Below, one piece after another: positions 1 to 12,852 of a DNA stretch of 64,000 nucleotides. Source of the stretch: Utricularia gibba (Eukaryota; Plantae; Magnoliophyta). A program made the position numbers and the translations under genes. Location: assembly GCA_002189035.1 (NCBI GenBank), contig NEEC01000018.1, positions 620,001 to 684,000 of the forward strand. The letters run 5' to 3'. Every line of letters starts with the position of its first letter. Within the stretch, counting starts at the first letter, position 1. The notes under the pieces were generated by a model. That model was not told the origin of the DNA, ran no database searches, and worked only from the letters and a program-made list of their open reading frames with translations.

Positions 1-1070
1 GATATGCTCGACCAAATCATTTTTTACACATTAGTGGATGCTGGTATCATGTGAATGTTCTATTTGACTTAAATAACTTTGCATATTGATCCTAGCATCC
101 CTATAAATTTTCGGTGGTTCGACAGTCATAGATCTTTTATATTCATCCATAGTATTGTCTCCATGAATGACATTCGTAATATGATACATGCATATATAAT
201 ATGTCCTAAATTTTTTCGATCCCAAGCTCTTCCATGAGACGTTAGTATTCCAAGCCGGCTTTGTAATCTCCCAAAAGTGCACTTTATGTCTTTTCTAGCA
301 CTCTCCTTGAATTGAGCACAATGATGCACTTTTCTACCTTGTGGGAGTATAATAGATTTCACAAACACACCCATTCTAGATAAATGTCATCAGTCAAATA
401 ATATCACATGCCGTAATTATTACCATTGACACTGAATCAAGCTCATGGTGCAACCCCATTATATAACTCATTTAGTAAATGAGAATGTCATAAAACATTG
501 ATATCATTATTTGCGCCTAGCATTCCGAAAAAAATGTGTGCCATATTCATGTATTAGCATATGCCATCACTTCTAACATGAGTGATGGTTTACAATGGTC
601 TCCACGCTTAAATTGAACTTGTCATGTCATTGGACAATTTTTCCACTCCCAATGCATGTAATCCAGACTTTCAAGCGTTTCAGGAAATCCCTAGCCTTGC
701 CCCAAGCAAACAAACGCTCCCAAGTTTCCTACTATGGGTGATCATAAATACTATTCTGAAAAAAAAGAGCGAATGAAAGTAACAAAATGACAAATACACT
801 TGATGGATGTTACCTCTCCAATTCGAATATATTCATCAATACTATCAACACTAGAAACATAAGATATCAAACGTACAGTAGCCGTGCACTTTTGTAAAGG
901 GCTTAGGTTTAGGCGACTTGTGCAATCTATCTTATCCTGAAAGTAGGGATCTTGATAATAAATAGTCTCAACAATTCTTTCAAATAAAGAATATTTCATT
1001 CGAAATCTCCTACGTAATTGTTCATCTGTGTAAGTGGGATTATTGCAAAAATAATTAGTGACCAACCTTT
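1..1070 (-). mobile_element. PIF/Harbinger-type transposase remnant (Plant_tran/HARBI1-like DDE nuclease), multiply disrupted
   Basis: Minus-strand translation gives YFCNNPTYTDEQLRRRFRM...LSPLQKCTATVRLISY (751-1065). It continues as GFPETLESLDYMHWEWKNCP..Q..F.RGD..KP..MLE...IWHTFF..NDINV (about 480-700) and DIKCTFGRLQSR...IIYACIIL (126-374). These match the Harbinger catalytic core, with stops and frameshifts. Confidence 0.85.
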
Positions 1071-1172
1071 TATACCCTAATTCACAATTGTGCTCAACTT
1101 GTTGAAAGTAGGGATCTTGATAATAAATAGTCTTAACAATTCTTTCAACAATTCTTGCTCAACCTTTTATAC

Positions 1173-2136
1173 ATTAAGATGGAAGGATGCAGGGAAAGTG
1201 ACGGCTATCCAAAGATTGCAAGGTGATGGAAGGCTTGGGGTATTAGGTGATCCCTGCCTACATCAAGATCCACGCACTTAGCATTGCGATGTCACATGTG
1301 TTTGCCCTATGCTGTTTGCTTTGAATCACGTGTTTCAATGCTCTTCGACTTTTTACCTGTCCTCTTTTGCGTCTTCTCACCCAAACTCTTAGGAGCATTT
1401 CTGTCCTAAATTGGCAGGTGCTTTACTACTTATCCATCTCGTGGCAGCTTTTTCAAATGAATGCATTGCAATATTACCTTATTTTTAAGACAGTTTACGG
1501 ATGGCCCCTTTTATAGAATTCTTTTGTTTGGGTGGTGTTGGTATCCTTTTATAGAGGGTTCTAAACATCTTTCCATATGTTAGATACATTTGATATGAAA
1601 ATATAAAATTTGATATGAAGAGGATATTATCCATATTTTATTTTAGAGAAAATACTATCCATATATTAAAAATGATATTCTTTCATAGAAATCATTTATG
1701 CTTTATCTCATGGGCCATGGCTCTTCAAGGCCCCTATCAAAGTCTTCAAGGCCTCTTGGGTTTATTATAGATTTTAGGTGCTTTTCAGTCACCAAATATT
1801 GATGTCAAGCCCCTTCTTGGGCATTGTCATAGTTTTTGATAAACCTTTCTCTCCGGATTTATTCTGAGATCGCTCTAGGAATTTTATGTTTAAGTGTCCC
1901 CTTCATAGTCAATATCTTCAAAAACACTACGTACTCAGGTCTTTCATTCATAGGGAATGCCCAAGTCTTTTCATATCATTCCAAGCTTTATCGAGTCGGA
2001 CACTCTTTGCTTCCCTCCTAGGACTTCCTCAAGATCACATCTTGTGGGGCCTTGTTCACCAAGTAGAACCACCCGGTACTTCCCTCTCCAGTACCCCTCT
2101 ACCCCACAATTGCTTGCTGACGAGTTTGCTATGGTT
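1173..2136. mobile_element. Probable LTR-retrotransposon (Gypsy-like) non-coding fragment; host site of the Copia insertion
   Basis: Composition and motifs (CCCCTTTTATAG twice, GGGCCATGG...GGCCCC) resemble LTR sequence. No coding homology was recognised and the boundaries are approximate. Confidence 0.3.
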
Positions 2137-2349
2137 GTAATTATTAGATGAAAAATAGGATGAACTCTAACAAAAAATCATGCAAGGAAACAACAGCAAT
2201 AAAAAAAAGGGTTTTGGGTTGAAAGAGTAAGAGAATGAAGAATAAAGTTTATTGCAATGAAGGAGATATAAACACAAGCTGTGGACATCATCTTTTATAG
2301 ACTCAAAAGTAACAAACTTCACATAAAAAAAGGATCTAACGAGACCATG

Positions 2350-3712
2350 TGATGCGTGTTGTTTCCATAACAAATTTTAATACTTTTAAAACTCGTAAAA
2401 CACAAAAGCGTAGTACGGGTGTCGAACACAGGGAGTTGTTTTTGAGTGAAAGGTGAGGCACCCCGAATAAAACTGTCACAATTTGTAAACGGTTTTGAAG
2501 GTAAAAAGTGTGAGAAATGTTGGTGATGAAGCTTGAGTAAGGGAATAAGAGGGTTTTGAGCAAACAACTAAAATAAACGTAAGCGATGAACCTTAAAAAA
2601 AGTAAATGTTCCTGGATTTGGAATCCTGTCCAGCTATGTTCGTTGCGTCTACACTCTTCTCTGGTCCTCTCGAGTACTCGGTTATAGAAGTAAGGAATTG
2701 CCTACCCTCCCTTACACTCTCTTGCAAGAAGGCACGGGAATAGCCTGATGTTGCTCCTCCTTGGACGAACGTGAGAATAAGAGGTCCTGCCATCATACCC
2801 TCACGGCCGAATTGCGCGCGTGTGCCCGAGTGTTGCCAATGACCCAATGAGTCCAGATACGAGGTCACTACCTGTCCATTAATCTTGAGGTACGGCCACA
2901 AACAAAACGTTGTCTTCCTCCTACCAAAAGGGCTCGAGTTGGTGCTTTCCACCTTGCTCCTCTCCAAAATACGCAGGTAATGATTAGCTAACCATGAACC
3001 TTAAATAAGGGGACTGTTACAGAAAGACTGCAACATAGTCGTGCGAAGACATACGAAACCCGTTCGAATTTAGAGAAAATGTGAAGATAAGCTAACGAAA
3101 CATTGATTTGGTAATGTTCCAACCCAGAAACGGAAGTTTCAAGCTGCGAACGGCCATACAAACTAAAGAAAACGAAACAAGGTTCTAGAGAGAAGCTAAA
3201 GGAAAATTCCTCTCGAGAGAGAAACAAAAGGGAAAACTAAACTGAAGGTAAAACTAAACTGAAAGTAAAACTAAACTTGTCTGAACAAAACTGAACTTCA
3301 TTGAGAGTCTGAGCTTTCGTGTCCCTATGATTCTGCTGAATTTGGGATGACTTGCAAGCAACGTCTGACACAGTTACGCTAATGATGCCACCTGTCAGAG
3401 ACTCGCGTGTTCCACACGTCAAGGCTCATGATTAGGCGTCTGCAGTCTTCTGGAAATCAAGGGAATGTCAGCTCGGGAAGATCCAATTTTTCGCCATCTG
3501 ATGCCCTCTTTCTCTCACTTACTGCCACATGTGCACCTCTAAAAAAACTCAATGAAAATTAGCAAAATTATTACATAAAATACAAGATTTAGGATAATTG
3601 TCCTAAACTAGATAAAAACTTAATTCTCATATTATATACCCTAATTAGACACTTCTAATCACAATTAGACATAAAAACAACCTAGAAAATAGTAAGAAAA
3701 TGACACTTAACA
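2350..3712 (-). mobile_element. Solo LTR, family A (Athila-like Ty3/Gypsy), nested in the Copia 3' LTR
   Basis: Runs TGATGCG...CTTAACA with a perfect TSD CCATG (2345-2349 and 3713-3717). It is about 94% identical by eye to 13694-15044. The minus-strand motif TCCCTGTGTTCGACACCCGTAC near the 3' end is typical of Athila U5. There is no PBS or internal region. Confidence 0.9.
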
Positions 3713-3960
3713 CCATGTAATGAGACCAAGTTTCAGATCTCAACAGCCTAACAAACCCGCTAAACCAGGGCTGACTGACTTGCCCACTTCCAACGGCTGT
3801 GTAGCCATGATTACTTAGTCTTATTTCAATATTCCAAAATCATCTTCTCACTTAGAAGAAGCTTATTCCACACATGAAACGCCCGATTGACACGTGCAGT
3901 GGATAGTCTTGAAACGTGTCTCAAACACCCCAACTCGGTCAGCTTTGACTGGTCGAAAAC

Positions 3961-6900
3961 TCAAGTCTTGACAAGCTCCCCCATGAGTGTTTTACCATCC
4001 ATTAAGCCCAGCTCACTTCTCAATTTGTCAAATTGATTTAGAGGTAGTGCCTTGGAAAAAATATCAGCAACTTGATCACTAGGTTTGCAGTATATGAACC
4101 TTAATTCACCATCCTTTTGTTTCTCACGGATACAGTGGTACTTCACTAGTATATGCTTCGTTCTTCCATGAAACACAAGATCTTTGATCATGGCTATGGC
4201 ACTCTTGGAGTCACAATAAATCGTGGTTGGATCTAGTTCCTTTCTTCCAAGATCAGTGAGCATTTTCCTTAGCCAGCTAGCCTGATTTCCAGTTAAGGAA
4301 GCAGCAACATATTCTGCCTCTACAGTTGATTAGGCAATTGTTTGTTGTTTCTTGGAAGTCCAACATACTCTAGATGAGGCGTCTTTGAAGAAATAACCTG
4401 AGGTGCTTCTGAAATCATTAGTTCCAGCAAAGTCTGAGTCAACGAAGCCATACATAACCTTGTTGCTTCTGTTATAATATAGACCATAAGTCAAGGTTCC
4501 AGCGAGGTACCTAAGTACCCTTTTTGCATACTATAGATGAGCCATCAATGAACAATGCATGAATCTGGATAATAAGCTGGTTGTAAACATAATATCTGGA
4601 CGAGTATCAGTTAGAAACATCAATGATCCAACAATGGATCTATAAAGTGTCTGGTCTATTGGCTCTCCAGCTTCTGTGCACAATGACTTGTAGTTTTGAA
4701 GCATAGGAATATTTACCGATGATCATTCAGAGAAACCAAACTTAATTAGCAAATTCTCGGTGAACTTCTCTTGGCATAGAAAGATCCCTTCTTGTTGATG
4801 CTTCACTTCCATTCCCAAGAAATGATGTAATATTCCCAAGTGTGTCATGTCGAATTTTTCCTTTAAGAACTCCTTGAACTTGGTAATCTGATTCGAATCA
4901 TTACCTATAATCATGATATCATCTACATATATCACAACTATCAAAATTCCAGATTTCTCTTTGTGAAAGTGTGAATAAGGCAGCCTCATTTTTGCTTTTC
5001 TCAAAACCAATGTCAAGTAATACCTTTTCCAACTTCTCATACCAAGCACGAGGTGCTTGTTTAAGGCCATACAAAGCCTTAAGTAGCAAACATACTTTGT
5101 TTGCTACTACTTCAAAACCTGGAGGCTGCACACAATATATTTTTTCTTGCAACTCACCATTCAAGAAGGCTGACTTGACATCCATCTGATGTATGTTGCA
5201 GTTTTCTTGAACAGCTATAGCTATCAATAGCCTTATAGTGTAAAATCACGCAACTGGAGCAAATGTATCATAATAATCAATTCCATATTCTTGAGAATAT
5301 CCTTTGACTACTAACCTGGCTTTGTACTTTTGAAGTGTTCCATTTGGGTTGGTCTTGACCTTGAACACCCATTTCAGTCCTATGATATTGGCTCCAGTTG
5401 GTGGATCGACCAGTATCCACATTTTGTGCTTCTGGATCATCATAATTTCTTCTTCCATGGCCTTTCTCCATTGAGGTTGTTGAAGCGCTTCAGCAATTGT
5501 TAAGGGCTCTATTGGAGACACAACTGCATTGGCAAACTCATGAAGATTTGATTCCGACATCTGTATTGGTTGTGTTGACTCATACAGATCTGCTAGAGAT
5601 CTAGTTCTGAGGGGAGGTATCTCAGATGATGATCCATTGTCATGATTGCTTTCAGTAGTGGATCTGGATGGAGTGTTGCTTTGACTATTACTATCAGTAC
5701 CATCATCACTCCAAGGGTCAAGATCGCCACTGACTTCAAGAATCTCAGGGGTTTCACTAGGATAACTATCCTCATCTAAGTCATCAAGAAGAAAATCTAA
5801 TGTAGTATAAGATCTTACTTTTGGAGTTGCACTAGATACGTGTGATGCAGGCATGTTATGATCGCAATCCCAATGATCATCTTCATCAATCAATCCATAG
5901 ACTTCTTGCCACACTGAATTTCTTGATTTGTGGATTATAGACTCTGCAGCCTTTTGTTTTTTCAGAGTATCCAATGAATATCCCTGCCACAGATCTACTA
6001 TCCAGCTTGGTTCTACATTCAACAGGAATAAGCACATAAGCCACAGATCCGAATACCTTAAGATGCCCGAGGTTTGGTGATCTTCCATTCCATGCTTCAT
6101 ACGACGTCACTTCTTTCAAGCTATGAGTGAGTAACCTATTTTGGATGTACACCGTGGTTGCAACTGCTTCACTTCAAAAGTGCTTAGGCAACTTCTTCTC
6201 CAAAAGTAGGCATCTAGCCATGGCCATAATTGTAGCGTTTCTTCGTTCTACTACGCCATCTTGTGCTGGTGAGTAAACCATAGTTTTGTGATGTTTGATG
6301 TCTTTTCTTCTTAATTCTTCCTTGAATGTCAGGGAATTGAATTCACCTCCATTATCCGTACAAAGGCATTTCAGCCTTGAAGGTGATGAAGTGCTCAAAG
6401 GCCTATGACTTGCACTTCATAAAGAACACCCAGCAATAACGTGACTTATCATCAATGAAGCCAATGAAGTACCTACTCCCTCCAAGTGATTCAACACTCA
6501 TTGGCCCACAAACATCAGAATGTACCAGCTCCATCAGTCTCTTTGCTCGAAAGCATGCTTGTTGAGGGAATGGTAGTTGTTTCATTTTGCCTTGGAGACA
6601 TATTGAACATTTCATTTCAGCAGGGTACCTTAGTGTTGGGAATTCTCTGCAGACTCCGTCTTTACCCATGGATTAAAGAACTTGGAAGCTAGCATGCCAT
6701 CTCACATGTTCGTTTATCCTAGCAGGGTTAGCAGATTCTTGTGGAACTAAGGTCCAAGGTAAGAAATAAGTACCTTTGGTTGCCGGTGTTCTAGAGATGA
6801 CATCACCATTTGGATCCGAGATTACACAAGTTTCTCTTTCAAATGTGATAGAGTATCCTCTATCATCTAGCTTCTTCACACTTAGAAGGTTGATGCTCAA

Positions 6901-8084
6901 TTTTGGGACTAGGTAAACATTCTCTAGACGCTTTAACCCTAGAGGAGTATGCACCATGGCCATGCCTTTACCAATGGCATCTAGGAGCTCATCATTTCCA
7001 AGTCTCACACTTGCCATATTTGAATAATCCAAAGTCTCAAAGTACCTTTCATCACCAATCATGTGAGCGGAACAACCAGAGTCCACTAACCATCATGTAT
7101 TTGAGGTAGAACTTGTGTCTGGCATTGTTGCTGCACATAGAGACTCATGTTTTGCAATACTATAAAGCTTTATAGGGTTAAGCAAACAAGCAGTAAATAG
7201 TGTTTCCACTTGATTTTTCTGAGCTGTCTCAACAATTGAGACATTTGCTTGAGCTTCCTTCTTTTGTTTGCATACCTTATCAACATGGCCCAATTGGTTG
7301 CATTTGGAGCATTGGGCATCTAGTCTCCAATAGCATACGTCTTCAGTATGTGATGTTCTCTTGCAATGTTTGCAAGGGGGAAACTTCCCTTTGTCCTTCC
7401 CTTTTTGTTTTCCTTTTCCTCCTTTTTGTCCTTCTGGATATTTTCTATCCTTCTTTCCAAGAGTGTAGCTAGTGCTCTCTCCATAACTTATTCTCATGCA
7501 ACAACCCTGCATTGAAGTGCTTGTAGGGCACTAGACAACTTAGCAATAGTCAATTTCTCATAATCTGCGATACACTCCAGAGATGAGATTTTTGGCTCAA
7601 AACGAGGCAAAATAGTATGCATGATCCTTTTTGCCATTGTGAAATCACTTTTTCGCACACCAAGCATCTGCAATTGACGGTCAACATATGTTTTGATGGT
7701 TTCAGATGGAAGTATGCGCAAGCTCTCATACTCCATCTCCAGATTTGCAATGTGCATTTCCTTGGAATGCTCATCCTCTTCAAACTTAGTTCTAAGAGTT
7801 TCTCATATATCTTTAGCAGAATTGCAAGCTAAAGTTCATGAAATAATAGATTTATGCATACCAGAATAAAGTACCACCTTCGCTTGGCCTTCTCTGGCTT
7901 GTAATTCTTCAGCTCTTTTCACTCTTTCCAGCGAGGCATTGGTAGGGAGCTGCTCTAATTGCGCTGGTGCATTAACCGTTTCCCACAGCTTCATTGCTTG
8001 GAGGTACGCCTTCATTTGGGTAGCCCAAATAGCATAATCTTCACCATTGAATTTCCATACAGCACCGGATTGAGTTGCATCCAT
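3961..8084 (-). pseudogene. Copia gag-pol, fragmented by frameshifts and stops
   Basis: ORF pieces: gag FNGEDYAIWATQMKAYL and zinc knuckle CKHCKRTSH; protease DSGCSAHM; integrase LELVHSDVCGP and QDGVVERRN; [36 protein letters not shown] and YVDD; RNase H CDSKSAIAM..HGRTKHI. Confidence 0.95.
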
Positions 8085-8107
8085 ATTGAACCAGCTCTGA
8101 TACCACT

Positions 8108-8558
8108 TGTTAGATGAAAAATAGGATGAACTCTAATAGGAAATCGTGTAAGGAAAAAACAGCAATAAAAAAAAAGGGTTTCGAGTTGAAAGAGTAAGAG
8201 AATGAAGAACAAAGTTTATTGCAATGATACATATACAAACACAAGCTGTGGACATCAACTTTTATAGACTCAAAAGTAACAAACTTCACATAAAAACAGG
8301 ATCTAACGAGATCAAGTTTCAGATCTCAACAGCCTAACAAACCCGCTAAACCAGGGCTGACTAACTTGCTCACTTCCAATGGCTGTGTAGCCTTGATTAC
8401 TGAGTCTTATTTCAATATTCTAAAATTATCTTCTAGCTTAGCAGAAGCTTATTCAAGGCATGAAACTCCCGATTGACAAGTGCCGTGGATAGTCTTGAAA
8501 CGTATCTCAAACACCCCAACTCGGTCAGCTTTGACTGGTCGAACACTCAGTCTTGACA
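8108..8558 (-). repeat. Copia 5' LTR
   Basis: Runs TGTTAGATG...GTCTTGACA, is a direct repeat of 2142-2349 plus 3718-3973, and is adjacent to the PBS. Confidence 0.95.
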
Positions 8559-9940
8559 GTAATATAATGAGCTTAATGTTTTAATCAGTTTTTGCTATCA
8601 AAATCCCATCCCACCTGATCCAACCTGATTCTTAACCGATTTTTTAGCTCGAATGTATTGTCACTTCAGGGTCTAATTGGTCGGAACTCCCGTTTCTACT
8701 GATTGTTTAAAACCATGCTACTGAGTATAAAACATGATGTTGCTAGACAACTAATGAGTTTTTTTGTGTGTTTGAGCCACGTACGGCCCGATGAGTGGTA
8801 TCGCATCTCGTGTAGTGTCACATCAAATAATGAAAACGAGACTTAGGATGATTGATTTTTCAAGTTTGGGCCAAGATCTCAACTTTGACTCTATTAGAAA
8901 AAAAAAATGTGCCCACAATCCACAATCACATGAAAATGAGTGAAAATGGGAAATGGGGAAGAAGAATCCTGGAAAAAGGAAACTTGGTGGAGGCTTGAAA
9001 TGCTAAATTGTAATAAAAGCAGTTTTAAATTTCCCCTGCTTGAGAAAAATGATGCATGACAAGAAAAGTCGATTGTTATATGAACATGGGTGGATGAAAA
9101 TTCGACGAGAGACGGATGGCAGCACCATATGAAATTGCCTTACTTCTTCCTCTACTCTTCCTCATTCCATCACGCATGGGTCTTTGGACAGACAAAGTTC
9201 CGAGCGCTGTTGTAATCCTTACAACCTGACTAATCTCGGTCTCATGAGAAATTAATTATTTGATTTCACAAATGGAAAAATTAAATATATTCAAACCCAT
9301 TGAAAACCCGCTGGAAAGTCACTCCCGTTCTTCTTAAGTGATACCATTTCTTTCTTTCACACGAGCTACTTTTAAACCGTTACATTGGTCAAACCTGTTG
9401 GAATAGTTCGAACCAAGCCAAATTGGATTGAATATTTAAATTGGAACTGCGAGATTATAATGTATTTGGAAGTTGTGCATTCAAATTGGATTGAATATTC
9501 GCTTCGTTTTTAGTCTTTCTCAATATTATAATGTTTGAGAACCTCGATTTTTATTTTTATCTTTCGTTTGTTAAAATTCCAGTTTTTTTTTCTTAATGTT
9601 CACAGATGATTGAAGAGGATGACAAAGTCCACAGAGTTGAAGCGACTCAAAGCGATGATCCTTGGCCATTTTCTCTTCTCTTTGGAATTCCTCTATGTCA
9701 ACGTGACTCAGACTGTTTTTAATATTTATTTATTGAGTCGTGACCGGGGATGGTGTTAAACCATTTTTTTTTTTTTTCACTTGCACAGCACTTGTCCAGG
9801 CAAACGTTAATTTTTATGAGTGACGCGGTGTTGGGGTATCTGTATTAGCCATCGGTGCTCACGAGTGCAATCTGCGTGCTTTCGGGTAAGAAACCATGTG
9901 AACTGTGGATATTCTTCAGTTCTAACAGTAAGGAAAATAG

Positions 9941-10015
9941 GAGTCATGTCCACACTCCACAGTCAAATGTTGAAAATTTTTCCAGTCACGTGTCGCTAGA
10001 CCTCTCCTATAAATA
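9941..10015 (+). promoter_or_regulatory. Core promoter of the peptide gene: W-box, G-box, TATA
   Basis: AGTCAA (reverse W-box TTGACT) at 9961-9966, CACGTG at 9987-9992, and TATAAATA at 10008-10015, 44 bp before the ATG. Confidence 0.6.
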
Positions 10016-10058
10016 CAAAAGCTCAACATGCAAAATCCTACACCAAAAAGTCGCAAGC

Positions 10059-10232
10059 ATGAGCAAGCTGATCATCTTCTTCATCGTCTTCGTGGCATGC
10101 ACCGTGGTTGCTAACGCGGCTAGGGCTCCGCCGGAGGTCTCGTCCCTGGTCTACAAGAGCGTCAAGGCCGTGATCCGTCATCGTCTCAAAGAGATCTTGT
10201 TTTCCCCCAGCCCTGAAGGACCAGGTCATTAG
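10059..10232 (+). CDS. 57-aa small secreted peptide precursor, PIP/PIP-like (SGP-rich, C-terminal GxGH)
   Basis: MSKLIIFFIVFVACTVVANA is a hydrophobic signal-peptide-like N-terminus. A short variable region follows, then the C-terminus RLKEILFSPSPEGPGH*, resembling the PIP consensus RxxSGPSPxGxGH. It is intronless, GC-rich and has a TATA box upstream. Confidence 0.8.
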   Translation: MSKLIIFFIVFVACTVVANAARAPPEVSSLVYKSVKAVIRHRLKEILFSPSPEGPGH

Positions 10233-11269
10233 TCATGGAGCGAGTCCTGTCTTCGTCTCAAGGGTAGGGGGTATGCTTCAATTTTATACGATGGGTTTGT
10301 AATAGCTTCTTCATACATATCTTTTGTAAAAAAGAATATATCATTCTTATTCCCATGAAATGAATCATGCTTTGAAATGAATATTGCTTCCAATCAAATC
10401 TATAAATTTCGATGATGAAAAGGACTCGAATGCCACCATGGTAAAAAAAAAAGGAATGGTGCATTCGATACTGAAGGAGAAAAAGCTTGGTTTAAAAGGT
10501 TATCAACATCACGCTGCTCTTCCTCCAAAACACCTGTTTCCAGATTTCTTCTTGCTATGTTTAACTTCCCAAGAGTAAAACTAATCAACAGTGAAGAATT
10601 CATGGCAATCACTTACCGCAAGGGGCAAGGGGTATTTTCCAAAGTATGGTCGGGATGTTTGGGTGTATGCAGAAGGAGCTTGAGCTCATGAACAAAACCA
10701 TGCCATGATATTACACAACTGTGGACAATAACCTACAAGCAGTGACATTCGCCGTAGTTCTAAACCCTAAAACTCCGGCATCCGGGCGGATACCGGGATG
10801 GGAATCAGATTTCGAATCATTTTACGTGTATTCACGATCAATTAGAAGGATGAAATTTGGGGGGGATGTTTTCGCTCCTGGAGTCAAGATCGTGTGGGCC
10901 ACCGACCGCACGCTGGTGGCAAACTTTCAAATCCACGAAGGTGCATCGTAAATGGACCCGTTTTTCCTGGAAGGAAACAGTAGAAATTTCTCATCTCTTT
11001 CCTCAACACTTCCTTCAAATGTATGGGTATCCAACATTAGAATTAAAAAAATAAAATCTAATTATACAAATTATTTATGAAAAAGATTACTGGGAAGCAG
11101 GATCTCCTGGATTTTGAGCAACTTATTATTTGAGTATCTCTGTCCTATTATTTATTTATTTTAAAAAACATGTATTTATCTTGATTTAGGCAATGATTTT
11201 TGGCCAATATCTTGGGTTTGACTATTAAGCTTTGAATTGGGGCACCGGTGGCTGTAGGAAACTATACAT

Positions 11270-12852
11270 GTTACACAAAGGTGTGGGCATATCCATGATA
11301 ATGACCCCTCATTGGCAACATGGTTTGTTGTAACAGGGCTCATACAACACTATGCAAATAAGCAATAAATTATTATGATAATATGATAATTATAAAATAT
11401 TAAAAATAACACAAGAGTTTTATAGTGGTCCAAAATTGGCCTATGATGATCTGAAATTGCAAGTAAATAATGTTTCAGAAAAAGAGTTCCCGGAAAAAAG
11501 AAATGTCCGAAAGGATAAAACTAGAAGAAGAAAGGCCAACCAATAAGAGCCGAGAAAGAGGTGCCAAGAAACCCTTCAAATATGGAATGCGGAATGACCA
11601 ATGAGATAAAGGTCAATAAGACACCGTTCGAAAACAAGACCCAAAGAGATAGTGCACACAAAGATATTACTTCACAGAAAGTATCCAAAAATATATCACT
11701 TCATAGAACAAAGGAGCACACAATGCTGGGAAAGATATCACCTTAGGGAAAACCCAAGAATTAAACATTCTGGAAGGAGCCTCAAAGCTCAAGAAAAGCT
11801 ATGCATGTCTCAAGGACCAAAGAGTGCCACAAGCATCTCCTAGGAGATGCAAAAAGAGTGCTGAGATGACTCGTAAGGCAAACATGAAAATCGGTCTAAA
11901 AATGAATATCTCAAGATCGACTCTGATAAGAAAACTTTGAAGAGCAAGCCTCTCAATGTTTGACGCAAGGCATCATCGTTGTAGTGCCTAGTAAAGAGTC
12001 TCGTGGTCGGGTACAGAGGCATTCGATAATATATATAGAAGAGCCGCTCTTCTCCTTGATCCCACCTGATAGAGGGTGCCACCATTGCTCCCAAATAACG
12101 GGATTATAATCATTGCCATTAGGTACAAAGGGAGTACTCTGATCCTTAGATGGAAAGATTGTGTTCCACCAAATAAGTCTCCTTCCAAGGTCTACCCTTC
12201 CCTCTCAATACTTTGATGGAAGGATTGTGTTGTTAGATTCGATAGTTGCTATGATACCATCTCTGAGGATCGATATATGTGTGTAGTCAATGACTGTAAT
12301 CAGAAGACAATGACATCAAATTTGGTGACCTAGAAACCCGAAGGAAAAGCCAATGTAACACGATGATCAACACAAGATCATTGAATCAAACATGGAGTTA
12401 GAAACTCGAGCCATGTAAAAATAGAGAGATAAAGTTTCCTCCCCAAAAGAGTCTTCCGAAAAACTTTGTATGCATGTATGAAGCCCTCAAAAATATACTA
12501 TAAACTCTCTCAAAAACATACGGAAGAGCCCTCATTATACATCTCATAAGAAAATTAATAATCATCTGCTTAAGCTCATTTGTTACATCCTCTTAGAATC
12601 TGATGCATAGATCCCTGTAGGTATCGTCACTAGCATCCAACTCATTCAAGGTTTTTCCAAGTTTACCCATCTTTGATACCACTTGATTCACACTATATCA
12701 ACTTAGCCGCTTCTTTCACTTTTTTTCGGTTCTTCTTAGCAGTCCTTTTAATTTTAAGATTGAAATTGAAATCACTTACACTAGAAGAATGCAAATACAC
12801 GAACTAAAAATAGAAAACAAAAGAACACCCCTTTCTGACAAAGATGCTATTT
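11270..12852 (-). mobile_element. Degenerate nested LTR-retrotransposon fragments, including a Copia-type PBS and LTR start
   Basis: CTTTGATACCA at 12672-12682 (minus TGGTATCAAAG, tRNA-iMet PBS) is followed by an LTR starting TGATTCAC. A stop-containing gag-like start lies on - just downstream. ACACAAGAGTTTTATAGTGGT near 11410 is a Copia-LTR-like motif. Internal boundaries are unresolved. Confidence 0.5.

Larger units (their letters stand above)
2142..8558 (-). mobile_element. Full-length Ty1/Copia LTR retrotransposon, inactive (about 5 kb without its nested insert)
   Basis: The 5-bp TSD GTAAT is at 2137-2141 and 8559-8563. Paired LTRs are 8108-8558 (TG..CA, 451 bp) and 2142-3973 (TA..CA, interrupted). 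A tRNA-iMet PBS (minus TGGTATCAGAGCTGG) lies at 8091-8105 and a PPT (minus CATGGGGGAGCT) at 3974-3985. The order is gag-PR-INT-RT-RH. By hand, the LTRs differ at about 8-9% of positions. Confidence 0.95.

Noticed and set aside
3961-3990. Copia pol frame running through the PPT into the 3' LTR
   Set aside because: This is seen in other compact Copia elements and is not novel.
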